A stretch of 63,120 bases of DNA, counting the filler, from Phoronis australis (Eukaryota; Animalia; Phoronida): NCBI GenBank assembly GCA_002633005.1. It is 5 parts of 5 records of this genome, joined end to end, with 100 filler letters (N's around TTAATTAATTAA, not from the genome) between each part and the next. Parts side by side here need not be neighbours in the genome. Positions count along the whole stretch, not along the records: positions 1 to 31,394 come from NMRA01000071.1; 4 more parts are not named here. One strand, 5' to 3'. Shown here piece by piece: positions 1 to 12,600 of the stretch (position 1 is the stretch's first letter; every line of letters starts with the position of its first letter). Made by a program: the position numbers and the translations under genes. Below the pieces are notes generated by a model. The model was not told the DNA's origin. It made no database searches and saw only the letters and a program-made list of their open reading frames with translations.

Positions 1-140
1 GTCAAGGAGCGCGACTCTTAGTCAAGGAGCGCGACTCTTAGTCAAGGAGCGCGACTCTTAGTCAAGGAGCGCCTTTTAGTCAAGGAGCGCGACTCTTAGT
101 CAAGGAGCGCGACTCTTAGTCAAGGAGCGCGACTCTTAGT
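1..140. repeat. 20-bp minisatellite
   Basis: gtcaaggagcgcgactctta x ~7. Confidence 0.95.
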
Positions 141-515
141 GGTTCCAATGGCAGACGTCGTCAAAATTGAAAACTTTAATCAGTTTGCCCGAAAAAACGT
201 TCGTTAACATATTTTAAAACCAATTGCAATCACTGAATCTCGACATATGCACTAGGACAATGCTCAGATGATCGCAAAAAAACGTTGCGTCTTTTCGAAA
301 AAAAGGGAATTTTTAAAATGATCATTGCAATTTCAACAAACAAGATTTTTTGCGAGTTACTTCGAAATAAAGTTTCTTTATTCCATTACGTGCAAAACGT
401 GCAGAGACTTCCGTTTTAAGGAACCGACAATTCAACTGTCAAATACGAAGACGTCAACATTTATTGAAAAAACTAAAATTCCAAAGGCGAATGCTAGATT
501 TTCACAGTTTCTAAT

Positions 516-647
516 TTACATGGACTTTGGTATGGCTTTAAGACGTGGTTTAGGTTGATTGATCCTTCTTCGATTCCAGATTAGACAAGTCAAGAATTGA
601 AGACGGATTTCGGGCATGATCTTGAAATCATAAGTGTTGCCTCGAAT
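516..647 (-). CDS. Probable terminal exon of PKD1-like gene (C-terminal tail)
   Basis: Acceptor gatctag, phase 0 matching the previous exon; IRGNTYDFKIMPEIRLQFLTCLIWNRRRINQPKPRLKAIPKSM then TAA. Confidence 0.5.
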   Translation of the reverse strand: MRGNTYDFKIMPEIRLQFLTCLIWNRRRINQPKPRLKAIPKSM

Positions 648-3600
648 CTAGATCAAATAAAGTGCAAACTCATCTTCGTAAATCAAAATATACTCACCCA
701 TGCAATGGCAGGCACTCATCCTGAGTTTGCTCTAAACTAGAACTCAAAATATTGAAAATGATCTAGATATTAAACCCCTTGCCCCGACCAGGAATGCGTT
801 GGACGAGGCTAGTAATTTGGGAGTTTGGTGAGATCACGCAACTTTTCGCGAGGTATCGTCTTCCATTAGGAGGAAAAGGCATGTTCTCACCAATTTTCAC
901 ACCTCAGTGCCAAGACTTACTACACTTGCGCCTCCTTCACACTCTTACCGTTCTGTTCATTTCCTCCTCTTCAAGAGCCTCGCAGTGCGCCCCCTGTAGG
1001 ATACTCAGCAACATACCGGTGAGTACCCAAAGACCGATGAAGTTATAGAGGAAGAAGTAAATAGGGCCCAAAGACAACTTCTCCGTCTCTGGCGTGCTAT
1101 TGTATCCCACCATTAGAGTCATTAGGTACATGCTGCAGTGCCAAATGTTACTGAACAGCTTGCATTCCGCCGCAAACCACGTGACTCCAAGGAACAGGAA
1201 TCCAATAAAGATGATCAGGAAAGTGGATACAAACCAAGAGGCGTCTTTCCCTGCACAGTTAAACAGAGTACAGTGAGGCATTGACATACCGAATCACAAA
1301 TGACTTAACTAAGGAATTTTAATTATCATGTAAAGGCCGTCAAATTTTGTGATTTCATAACCTTTCTTCTTTTGCTTTACTATGAACGTTCTGCTTACAT
1401 GCCTTAAGTGGGTCGGCCATACCATCGAAAGGGTCAGTTGTTACTTTCGCAGTTTCAAATAAAAATGAAATAATCCAACGACGTAATTCAACAACACACG
1501 CATACATACGGAGCTTCAATAACACTTACTCGATTAACGACTTTATCTCACTAAATTTTTAGGATTGCAGTTGGATGAATATCCTTTACGGAAACACCGT
1601 CATCAAAATGGGCTCTCACCAGGTGGCGTAACATTTGTTCACCAGAATGACTATCAGACACTATAATATCAAAATCGGCTCACATAAATGCGTACAGAAA
1701 CTATTGTACCTGATTTGATTACAGTCTTGGTCATGATAGCCACGTGTTTCTGAAATCGTAGTGTGTTGACGAAACGAATCTGCGTAATGAAGACAACGAT
1801 AGCGAAGAGAAACATGAAGAACATGTCGATGAAGATGAGCGAATCAAAGCTCACATACTTTCCTGGAAAATAGGTCAATTTACGGTAGTGAAAAATAAAA
1901 AGCCTACAGACAAAGCACATCAAGGGCATATTGAAGTAAAACAAGAATGATCGCTACATGACAAGGACACGAAACCAAAAGATCACGTCATAAAAGTAAC
2001 GTACAGGTATAATGTTGATAAGCGACGAGGCTGCATTGTTTATGATATGCGTTCAGACTGCATTGGGTATGACATGCGTCAAAAAAGTATTGCGTATCAT
2101 ATGCCTCCTGGCTGCATTGTGTATGATATGCGTCCAGGTTGTATTGTGCATGATACGCGTCCAGGCTGCATTGTATATGACATGCGTCCAGGCTGCATTG
2201 TACATGTATATGATATGCGTCCAGGCTGCATTGTATACGATATGCGTCCAGGCTGCATTGTAAATATGTTCCAGGCTGCATTGCTCATGAAATGTGTACA
2301 AGCTGCATTGTGTGTGGTATGTGTCCAGGCTGCATTGCGTCTAATATGTTCCAGGCTGCATTGTGTATGTGTTCCAGGTTGCATGGTGTATGATATATTC
2401 CAGGCTGCAGTGTGTATCATATGCGTCCAGACTGCACTGTGTTTCACATGAGTCCAGGCTGCATTGTTTATATGTTCCAGGCTGCATTGTGTACATGTTC
2501 CAGGCTGCATTGTGTATGATATGCGTCCAGGCTTCACTGTGTATGACATGCGTCCAGGCTGCATTGTGTATGATATGTTCCGGGCTGCATTGTGCATGAT
2601 GTGTTCCGGGCTGCATTGCGTGTGATATTTTCAAAGGAGTGGGAATAAGCTTCATTTTTAAAAGTTTCCATTCTGTATTAAAATACATTATGGTACATAA
2701 TGGCAACTTTTAAATTTAAAATATTTTGTCCACGGGTGGAACATATAACTGCAATCAAAACTAAAAAAAAATGTTGGTGCCAAAATGAACGGAAATGCTC
2801 CAACGGGGGCGTTGTAAGGCATGTAAAATGGGAAACACGTGTGGACAACTTCTCATTAAACATAATTCTGTTACATTTCACGAAGATATTGTCATGACGT
2901 TTTGGCCGATACATTGATTCGTTAATGATAGTGGATAGCAAAGCCCTGATCTGAATAGACTGAAAGTTGGCAGCTTGCATGAGCTAAAACTGAACATAAT
3001 CGCTCAAACCGTTTGATAGATTGTGATGGTGACTCCAGACAGCTGCACGTATTTACAGAGAATCCAATTCAATTCTAGGGTAGTTCAGTCGCCTTGCACT
3101 GACCCTTTCCCGCCGAATATCATTTTTACCAAGAACCAGGGAAGCCTGCTCATTCATTCTCTAAACATTATCTGAAAACGTTTTGACGAGAAATTTCGTG
3201 TCAAAGTTTAAACTGCAAAGAGAGAAGACTATGGCAGTCAAAATCCAGACAAAATGCGTCCCGACATACATCCATAAATCCGTAGGCCTACTCCATTGGC
3301 AAAAACGCGTTTGTCAAGAACTTCCGCAAGTCGAATAGATTAAACAAGAGCACAGCAAAATCTGTCGAGTTCCTAAATGACAACAAACTATATTTTGTCG
3401 AGATTGAAAGGGTCATTTATTGTAATACGAATTCAGCCAAAAATGGACTGGTGCCGGCACTCTCCCGTCACATGTGAAGGTAGTGAGTGACTGAAAAGGG
3501 TAAATGCGCGTCAGGAAGAGAGCAATTGACAGTGACGGTAGAGGGAACGGTAGTGATGTGTGAGAGTAGACGAACAATAAAGAAGCAAGAGGTTGCACCT

Positions 3601-6600
3601 TTGTTGTTGAAGACGTCCTCTATCGTCCTCATAGTCATTAGGTTCTTCTCTGTGTACATTCCCAGACAGGCCCACATAAAGATACACGCCACGAGGTTGG
3701 CGATGTTCCAGTTGCTCTTCAGGTATTCTCTTTTCGTCTTCACTATCTTTACGATCTCCACGATGGTGAAGTACAACGTGTAAAGCATGCAAACTACCTC
3801 GGCGAAGATGGACATTACGCCTACAACATGAAAAATCAATGTCACCTTGAAACCAAATTGGATTGAGAACAGAGAATTGCTCACCAGCATGGCGCCGTTC
3901 AGCATGCACTGCTCCAAAAGAAACGGTGATACATAAGCGTCAGCTAATTAACTTAGAACCCTTCAGTTCGTATAGGCCTGATGACATACTCAGTAAAGTG
4001 ACGTAGACTACTGCACTCATCTCAGGATTTAAACTTTACCTCTAAACTGAGCAGGGATATGGTGACATTTTGAGAAAAAAAATAACTTCTGGAACCTGTA
4101 ACGTAGAGCGTTGATATGCACCCACCAATTGTATCATATACAACGCAGATGCAGGAGACGATCAGAAATGCTCTACTCAACAGCAGTTACGCCCAACATT
4201 TCACCTTGATTCTTAAAGCAGTTAAGAAGATAAGGAAGCATATATCAATCGACACAGAAAAAATAGAAGGCAAAACGTAATCAAACTAATCTGAAACTAC
4301 AGTGTACGTGACAAAACTTGTTTGGCAAATCCTTCAAAAGCATTGTTGATACCAAAGGAAATGAACACAAACATGCCCCTAGGCGGCTCTGCAGTTTGCA
4401 GCTGTTGGGTTGAGGAAATCCGAAGATACAGAGCAAACGTGAGAAAATAAAATTGACACTAGGGTCGCCCGAAATTCAAAAGAAAATAAAAACGGCTACT
4501 ACGTGGCGCAGAAAATGCCGAATCCACCCCAAAACGAGAAAGCTGCCGTTTTTCGTAACAGATAACTATTTACCGGTATCATATTTCAGGAACTCCGAAG
4601 ATAAGGCAAAAACATAATTGCCCAGCATCAGTCGAATCCGTCAGAACATTCGGGCATGCTGTCCTAACCATGATAGCAATATGTCGGAAAAATTATTTCG
4701 GAACTTTAGAGATAGAGCAGATGGCGCCAGACGGAAGCTGAACGGATGGACAGACGGAAGGAGAGGACGGCATAACGTACCCAAATAGATATATGTGGGA
4801 GCATAAAATATAATTTTCTCTGTATAATTTCCTCTAAAGATTATGGTTAAGTGGGGTTTTATTGTAAGGAAAGCTTTTATGTCAGGTGCTGGTGGTGAGT
4901 TGTATGCATTATTAACATGCTTATTATTGAGAAAAACGCAAAAACTGCGCAGCTAAAGCTAATGGACACTTTTAAAAAATTCAAAACTTGTTTGGATGAT
5001 TACTTTACCCAATTGGTCAAGAAGCTACAATTAACAATACTTCCTTATCTCATCAGCTAACATGACACATTACCATGTAACGTCCATCAATGTAAACACA
5101 ACTACACAAAAATAAACGCACCGATACAGAAAAGTACTTCTTAAAAAGACCATTACCTGCACTTCCGGTGTAGCGATACAAGTTGAATGACGTGATTTCT
5201 TTGCTGATCACAGCTGCCCCAACAGTTGGCAATTCGTAAGCAAGACGCACAGACGTAAACAGGTTAACATTCATCGTAAACACAGTGAACTCTACAAACA
5301 CAACCCTTGTGTAACGATCTACCCAGTCGAGAGCGCGCAGTCGTCTGATGTACTCAACAGCCTCTTTATAGTTTTGTGGAATCTGCGCCACGTACCCATT
5401 TCCCGAGTACCAAGCAAGTTGCGCCCAAACTGCTTCGCTCTTAAGTACACTCTTATTTTGAAACACAAGCGCCGATGACAAATCTAACGTAGGATTCTCG
5501 TGATGCACGAGCTGATACGGTCTCGTCATGTTTTCGGTATCTTCCGTTGTCACGCTGTAGTCCTGGTAGCATTGCGTTATGCAAGATGCTGCTAGAATGG
5601 ACCGGTCAGCCAAGCACTGTTCTGTAAGAGATTTGCTCAGTTATATTTCCTTATGTTCGCTACTTTAACGCCTTTAATTAAGTGCGCAAGTACAACAAAT
5701 GGCTTCATGGCCTACACGAACTACACCAAAAGCTAAATAAAACGTTTTGATATCCTCTTATCTTAGTATGAGCTTAGCAGAGTATTACCATGACAACGTT
5801 ATAGCACTGAATGTCACAGTTTAGTAGTTAATGTATATGAAAATTGGAGATCAAAATAAAATACTGCAATCATGTATTATAATAAATTCACAAATACCAG
5901 TTTGAAGGGAAAGAAGCTTACTAGGGCTAACTCGCAGTTGCCTCAGTCTAGCGGGACTCATGCGCATAGAAACGCCGTTGGATATGAACTTCCGGTCGTA
6001 CGATACGTTAGTTGGCATGCCGTTATAAAGTTTCTCGTAGTATAAGTTAGAAATCATGCTTGTCTCTAACCAAGTCCAGAAGTTGGCCGCTGTAGCAACC
6101 TGTAAAACGTTTAACAAGTTTGAGAGACTCAACAAACAAGTCGGGAGACCAATGATCAGACGGAAGTGCGTTCTAATGAAGTTTTCAGTACAATGGCCAA
6201 ACGTCATTTTAGTATAATTTCACTTCATTGATATATTGCTTAACGTGGGGCAATAACTCATATTTACATTTCTCCAAATGTAAAGCGATCGAGTTATCGG
6301 TGGGTCAATCGTTTGAAAGAAATGTTGTAGCCATATTCAAACACAGTTAACCCTAGCATCCTTACCTCCTCATAACTGGTTCCGTCCGCGAACAATTTGT
6401 TCATTTCTTGATTCATAGTATACATTTGGTAGTCCCTCATACCGTAAGCTATCGACAACAAGAGGAAGAGATAGAGCGAATGTGAGAGGAAGTCCTTCAC
6501 GGCATCTGACAGAACATTCTCACGTAACTTCTGACGACGGATTTCTTCTTTCTCTTTTTCCTCGGCCTCAGGGTCAGCTACAAAGAAGACACCAAAACCC

Positions 6601-9600
6601 AGAACATTCACAGTGTGATGACAACTTAAAATTAACCATGAATAATTAACTTGTGTTTTTGAGACGTCATCAAAACTGGTAATGGGAGTACTATCCTTTG
6701 AATGGACGATTTCATTTGACTTGTTATCCGTGACTGCTTGAGTAATCAAATTGAAATAACAATGTAGGAACAACAGATAGCAGTGAGTCTTAAAGGAACT
6801 AAGAACAAAAGGCTACTAAAAGTCAATTTTCATTGTAATAGGAGTGGAACATTTGAAAAAGCGACACATGAGTACTGTTGCCTACGAATGATTTGCGATG
6901 TTGGCAATTTAAAAGCCATCAGGTAAATTAGTGTCATGGAGAGAATAGAAAAACTGTATCCCGTTTCTTCCCACATCACGTGACTTGTACGGTGAGCATT
7001 CGTGCAAGAAAAAACACGGAGACGCGTTTTCTTCTAGGAAGATCGTTGCAACAAAGCACATAAATAACGTATAATTATGTTGATTGAACAAATTTACAAA
7101 CATGGCTAACCGGGCTCTTCGGGTAGTGGCGGCGGAGCGGTCGTTCTCGCAATAGGGTTATCCGAGACTTTAATGCAAATGGCTGTGTCGTCCTCGTCCT
7201 CGTCGTCATCAACATCCGGGGGTTTCTTAAATACTAGTGAAAACAACGCAGCGAATGCAAGCACCTGTAAATACATTACAGGTGATATTCAACGGTATTT
7301 TGAGTAACAATCTTCCGCGAAAATGTTTACAATAGGCTATGCTAATATTGCATTACGAAGGTCAGGCCAGGTGAATATTTTCATAGGAATTGGACAAAAA
7401 ACAGTGAAATAAACTTCGGGCTAGTTTCCCAAGAAAACAAAAACTGGGCAAATTATGAGCAACTATATACAATAATAGAAAACAAATAAATAAGTGAAAA
7501 CAATTGTACTACACTGAAAAAGCGATTATGTAAGGACCTTGCCCCTTCGCAGTGGTGCAGTCTCTCAGCAGTGGATACAAGGAGAGGTGAATATTAGTGT
7601 ACTGTCGCTCAACAGTGGATACAAGGAGAGGTGAATATAAGGATACTGTAGCTCAACAGTGGATACAAGGAGAGGTGAATATAAGGATACTGTAGCTCAA
7701 CAGTGGATACAAGGAGAGGTGAATATAAGGGTACTGTCGCTCAACAATGGATACAAGGAGAGGTGAATATTAGTGTACTGTCGCTCAACAGTGGATACAA
7801 AGGCCCAGTCCATTAACAGAGGATACACGGACCATGTATCACGGAAGAGATTTGAAAAAGTTTGAGTTTTCATTTCCCTTGAGACCATTTCCCATTTGTG
7901 GATGCTGTCTTAGCAGTGGCACTATTCGAATACACCTAGAACTTGTTATAGCCAGTTTCATTGAAATCAAATAGTTCGAGAATAGGCCATGTTCACATGA
8001 AAGCCAACGGACATTTTAAAGATCTCAAACATACTTTTGTTGTGTTGTGAGATTTGTTCTTCTCAACACGCCAGAATACAGATGTACGTGCCAGTAAAAT
8101 TAATATTAAGCTCTATAACTGGTTATGTCGAGTCTTTTTAGTTAGTTTGAATTCTGCTCGTAATATGCCGTACAAGTGGACGCAGGTTACATTTGGTAAA
8201 ATATGTGACTCGCAAAAAGTTCCATGGATGTTGTCTAGCCAGCAAATGCTTGTCTGGTATATGAAGAGCGATTGAGGAGAGCAAAACTGAATTAATGATG
8301 ATAGCCCGACGTCATTACAGTGGAACCTGCACACTAAGTCCTCATCTCTGTGAAGAACACAACGTATAGTGACTACGTGAACCGTGGGTTGAAAATTGCC
8401 ATATGTTTATAAGAACGGGTTTTGGGTCGAAAACGATCACTGAACCGTGTCCAGTAAGTACCGTTACGTGGTTCTGGAGAATAACACTGCATGATGCGAG
8501 CTATTTGAACTTGAAAAGTACGTCATTAGTGCAAAGGTCACCCATTTGAAGTTTTTGTTTTCACATTGATAAGGTGCTAATGAATACAAGTGCAGTTTGT
8601 TTCGGGTAGATTATGTCAATGTAGCATTTTTGTTTAATTCCTAATATACATTGGCATAGTTAAGAGCATGCAAATGATCTTTAAGTATGCAGTGGCAACA
8701 AGAGACTCATTCCAACAAGGAAGGTCACGCAACAACAAACCTCAATTGGACTACGCTCACAAATACAACCATCTCCGTCGACAAAAGAACACTTAGCCTG
8801 GAATACGAACCCACAGTAACTCATAGTTCCATAACAAACTGCCTTCGACTGCATTCATGTTGTCACCAAGAGCTACGAAAAGCTTTCCACGTTCTTTAAC
8901 AAATTTTGTATGTGAATGCTTACCTTGATAGGATTCACTATGAACGTATCTTGGAACACAGACAGCAAGAAAGCGGTCAACCAGCCAGTGGACTTGACGC
9001 CACCCCACTCCAAGGCGTAGAAGACTGTGAATGCAGCTGACGTAGCAATGCTAGCGAATACTAACAACCATCCAATGTAGACGAACCAAAATGGCAGCTT
9101 CCGACTCCTTCTCTTCTTCAAAACCGGTTTCTTCTTTGATGACTTCAGTGAGTATTTAAAGCGCTTCCACCAGTCGGTGAAGCTCGCCTTCTCGATAACA
9201 TCAACTCGTGGATAATGCTGCCACTCGCTGTAGCTCTTACTGCCACTAGACGCCCAGATGTTGTCGAACTTTTTGTTCTTTTTCTTCAGCTTTCTCCAGT
9301 TCGTGGTCTTAGCCGTTTTTTCGTCATGGATTTTTTTGCTTCTCCGCTTAGAATTGCGGAAGAAGTACAAGATGGCTATATTGGCCGGAAGGACGGTGAG
9401 CGTACTCATAACACTTGTATAAAGCTCGTTCATTGTGAAGCTGACAGGTCCTGAAAAAATAGGTTTTTGCATGGTCAAATGCAAGTACATAACTTGTACA
9501 GATAACCATGGAATGATCCTTAAACTTATATCAAAATCTTATTAGCTCGTGACATCACGAAAGAGAGGGCTGTGAATAGCTGTGAAGACATCAAAATGTC

Positions 9601-12600
9601 TTTCAGTAATGCATGTGTATAGGCAGTAAACGGTAAACTCAGCCCAAGGCGCATCGCGTGCTTATTTGGGTAACGTTTTAAATTAACAGGTTGCCGCTAC
9701 CTGCAGTACAATGTCTTTAAGAGACCAAAGGTCATACCGATAGTGAGACGAGCAGACGGTTTGCCTCCCTTTTCTTCGTCTGTTTTGTACCACATGGCGT
9801 TTGAAATCATTGTCAGGAACAGGATGGAGACGAGGCAGGACAGTCTTTGCACGCGCGTGAAGTTACTAGGCACCGGTCGCGAGGCAACGCTAACCATAAG
9901 GTGGTCTTCTGTCATGTCGCGTCGAGCACTTTTGGAGAATGAGGCGGAGTCTTTCAGTCTTTCTTTGTCGGCCACTGGTATAATCCGGTCTACTCTCAAG
10001 TCGTCATGTTTCTTTGATAGCCACTTGTCACACAAGAAATAATACCTTGGAAGAAAATGACATTCAGCAAGTAGGGCCCTGTAAGCCTAGTGATGATGCG
10101 TAGTGAGTGAAATCTGACTTCTTACATTAAACTCATTTTGACACGCCATAACGGAGAATACATTTTGTTTTAAATCCGTGGTCAAGTGGTCAAAACAGTT
10201 CTGTGAGTTTGCACAGATTGAAGTATTCCTAAAAAGAATTCTGCTATCGTTTTGTGTCTTCGATACTCAAACTTGTCTCTAGGTATTAGTATTGAAACAT
10301 GATATATGAATAAGGTTTGTTTTCACATCAGCAGTTTTGCATGTTGTAATGAATCTGCGTACTTACTTTTTACCCGTAATGACGTCGGAGACGATAATTT
10401 TCTCCAGAAACCAAGAGTTTTGTAGACCCCCCGTGTTGTCGTGCCACACGCGCAGGTACAACAGGTTACCGATACTGTGCGGTGAAGAAACGTAGAAGTT
10501 GTCCACGGCACCCTTTTTGAAATTCTGATTCAAACAATAATACACATGTTAGAATAAAACAACCAATAAAAAAGATTTGCGGTTACACTACAAAAATACT
10601 GACAGCGCTTGCAAATAAGTCTGTTAAAATCGGTGTACGTGCCGCGTGTGTTTGTGCGTTCGACAGCTTTTAGTTGTTGTATTGATTAGCTTTTGGTTAT
10701 CAACAACCCTTGTCACAAACTGGACTAAATTCTGGATAAGTAAAGAATACTTTAAAAGCGCAAGATAAGGGCGAAGAAGGCAGTGGTTCAAATGTTCCCT
10801 AAATCAGTCGGTCAAAGTACATGTACCTCTCTAATTCCATCGTCCATGATCCTTAGGCCAGTATCACTTTCCTCTCCACTCAGAACGAAGAAAACCTTCG
10901 ACTTAGTTCCTGCGCCTGTCTTACTTCCGGTGAACACCGACATTTTGAATCCGTACTGGTCGTCAGAATGGTTATCTATGAGCGGGTTGTAAGTCCACTG
11001 AGAAATTAAAACATAATAGTTATTGCGCAAATTGAGAAATGAGAGTACCCTGCTTGGAGGGTCCTCGTCATATACATTTTTGGAAGCTAAAGTCTCACAC
11101 TATGGTATACACCAGACATTCGTATCATGCCACCGCAATTAATAAACATAAAACGATCCATATTCAAAACTTAACCTTTCGACAACTGAGTCATCACACT
11201 GTTAGGATAATTCTCTAATGTTTCTGAGACACACACACACGTGGGTAAAACACATAAATCTAGTGTGAGCAGAATAAAAGAAGGTTGTTTCCTAAAATTC
11301 TTACCCTTCGCCTATCTTTCTTGTCAGCTCGTCTGGCGAGGATAATCAATAGGAAATAAAGACCCAATATGGCACTGATGGTGGCGACGACTGGCGCATT
11401 TTCTGCCAGTTTCTTATCCAAGTCTTTAAATATATTGCTGAAGTCGATGGTGTTTGGAGGAACAAACAAACCTGCCCCAAAATTTCCAAACAGATTGCTC
11501 TTGAATTTCACCTTGTTTGGGGACGAATCGGGGTCGACCTGCAATAATTGTGACGTAAACTAACAGCTGGCAGGACGCTTGAAAATCAACGACCGTGATG
11601 ATGGCGATAACAAGGAAAATAACAATGATGACGAAGATGACGATAGTAGTGATTGTGATGATGAGGCTCATGATGACGATGTTGATGATAATGTTGACGA
11701 TTAGAGTGTGCGAGGATTTTTCGACGAGTGTCGATGCTAAGGCATAACGAATGAGGTGACATTTTGGAAAAGCTGTGACAGCAGATGTACTACAGCCAAT
11801 ACATTCAGACATAGTTCTCAACAGGCCAAGATGTTTACTTGAGTATCTTTTATTGAGATACGTATCTGATAGTGCACTTCTTTGAAAGAGCTGAATGATT
11901 TAAAATTGCAAAACATTGATAATAGTGATGACCGTAAATAGTTATCATTGAACTCACTTTGCACTCAGTGACCCATTTTTGTTTTTCTTCATCCCATCTC
12001 TGACAAGTTAACTCGTAAAATTGAATATAGTACTTTGAGAACCAGTCAGTTCCATTGGTAGTCTCGTTCCCTACAGGTGGCGACTGAGTCGTGGACATGG
12101 TTTCCTGTGCTGATCTACGTTGTCTACTTTTCGCCGGCTGCGTATGTTCATTGTCATGAGATGCGTTAAAGGTGGGAAAAGTTGTCGGGAACAGCTGATC
12201 ACGTGTCATGGGTGTGGAGGCAATGTCTGCCAGAGAGTCTTCAGTGACACCAGATTCATAGATCTGTGTACTAAGAAGCGCCCCCTTTCCACTGACTTGT
12301 TGAATACCCAGGAACTTTGTACCGGGAACCATCTTGTTTAACTGAATAGCTAGTGTAAACTGCAAGTCATCGTCTGCCGCTATGTCTGTGCGACCCTTGG
12401 GAAACGTTGCCATGTAGTCGAAACTTTGCGGTGTCGGAAAACCGTCGAATCCAACGTACACATTGAATGAAACGTTCATTACTGGTTTGACGAAGAGTTG
12501 AAGAACACCACTTTGTCCGTTTGTTGAGAATTTGTGATAGCACATGCTGTAATTGCCTGATGGTGCTGGTCTAGTTACCAACTTTGGCGACTCGGCTTTT

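Noticed and set aside
1988-2706. Many overlapping repetitive ORFs (MRPGCIVYD, YTMQPGR, HNAAWTH); CRISPR-like appearance
   Set aside because: Products of a 27-bp intronic minisatellite; contiguous units with no unique spacers and no cas genes, in a eukaryotic intron.
11426-11821. Hydrophobic 131-aa ORF resembling a membrane protein
   Set aside because: Derived from a GAT/GAC low-complexity tract inside an intron and out of frame with the real exon.
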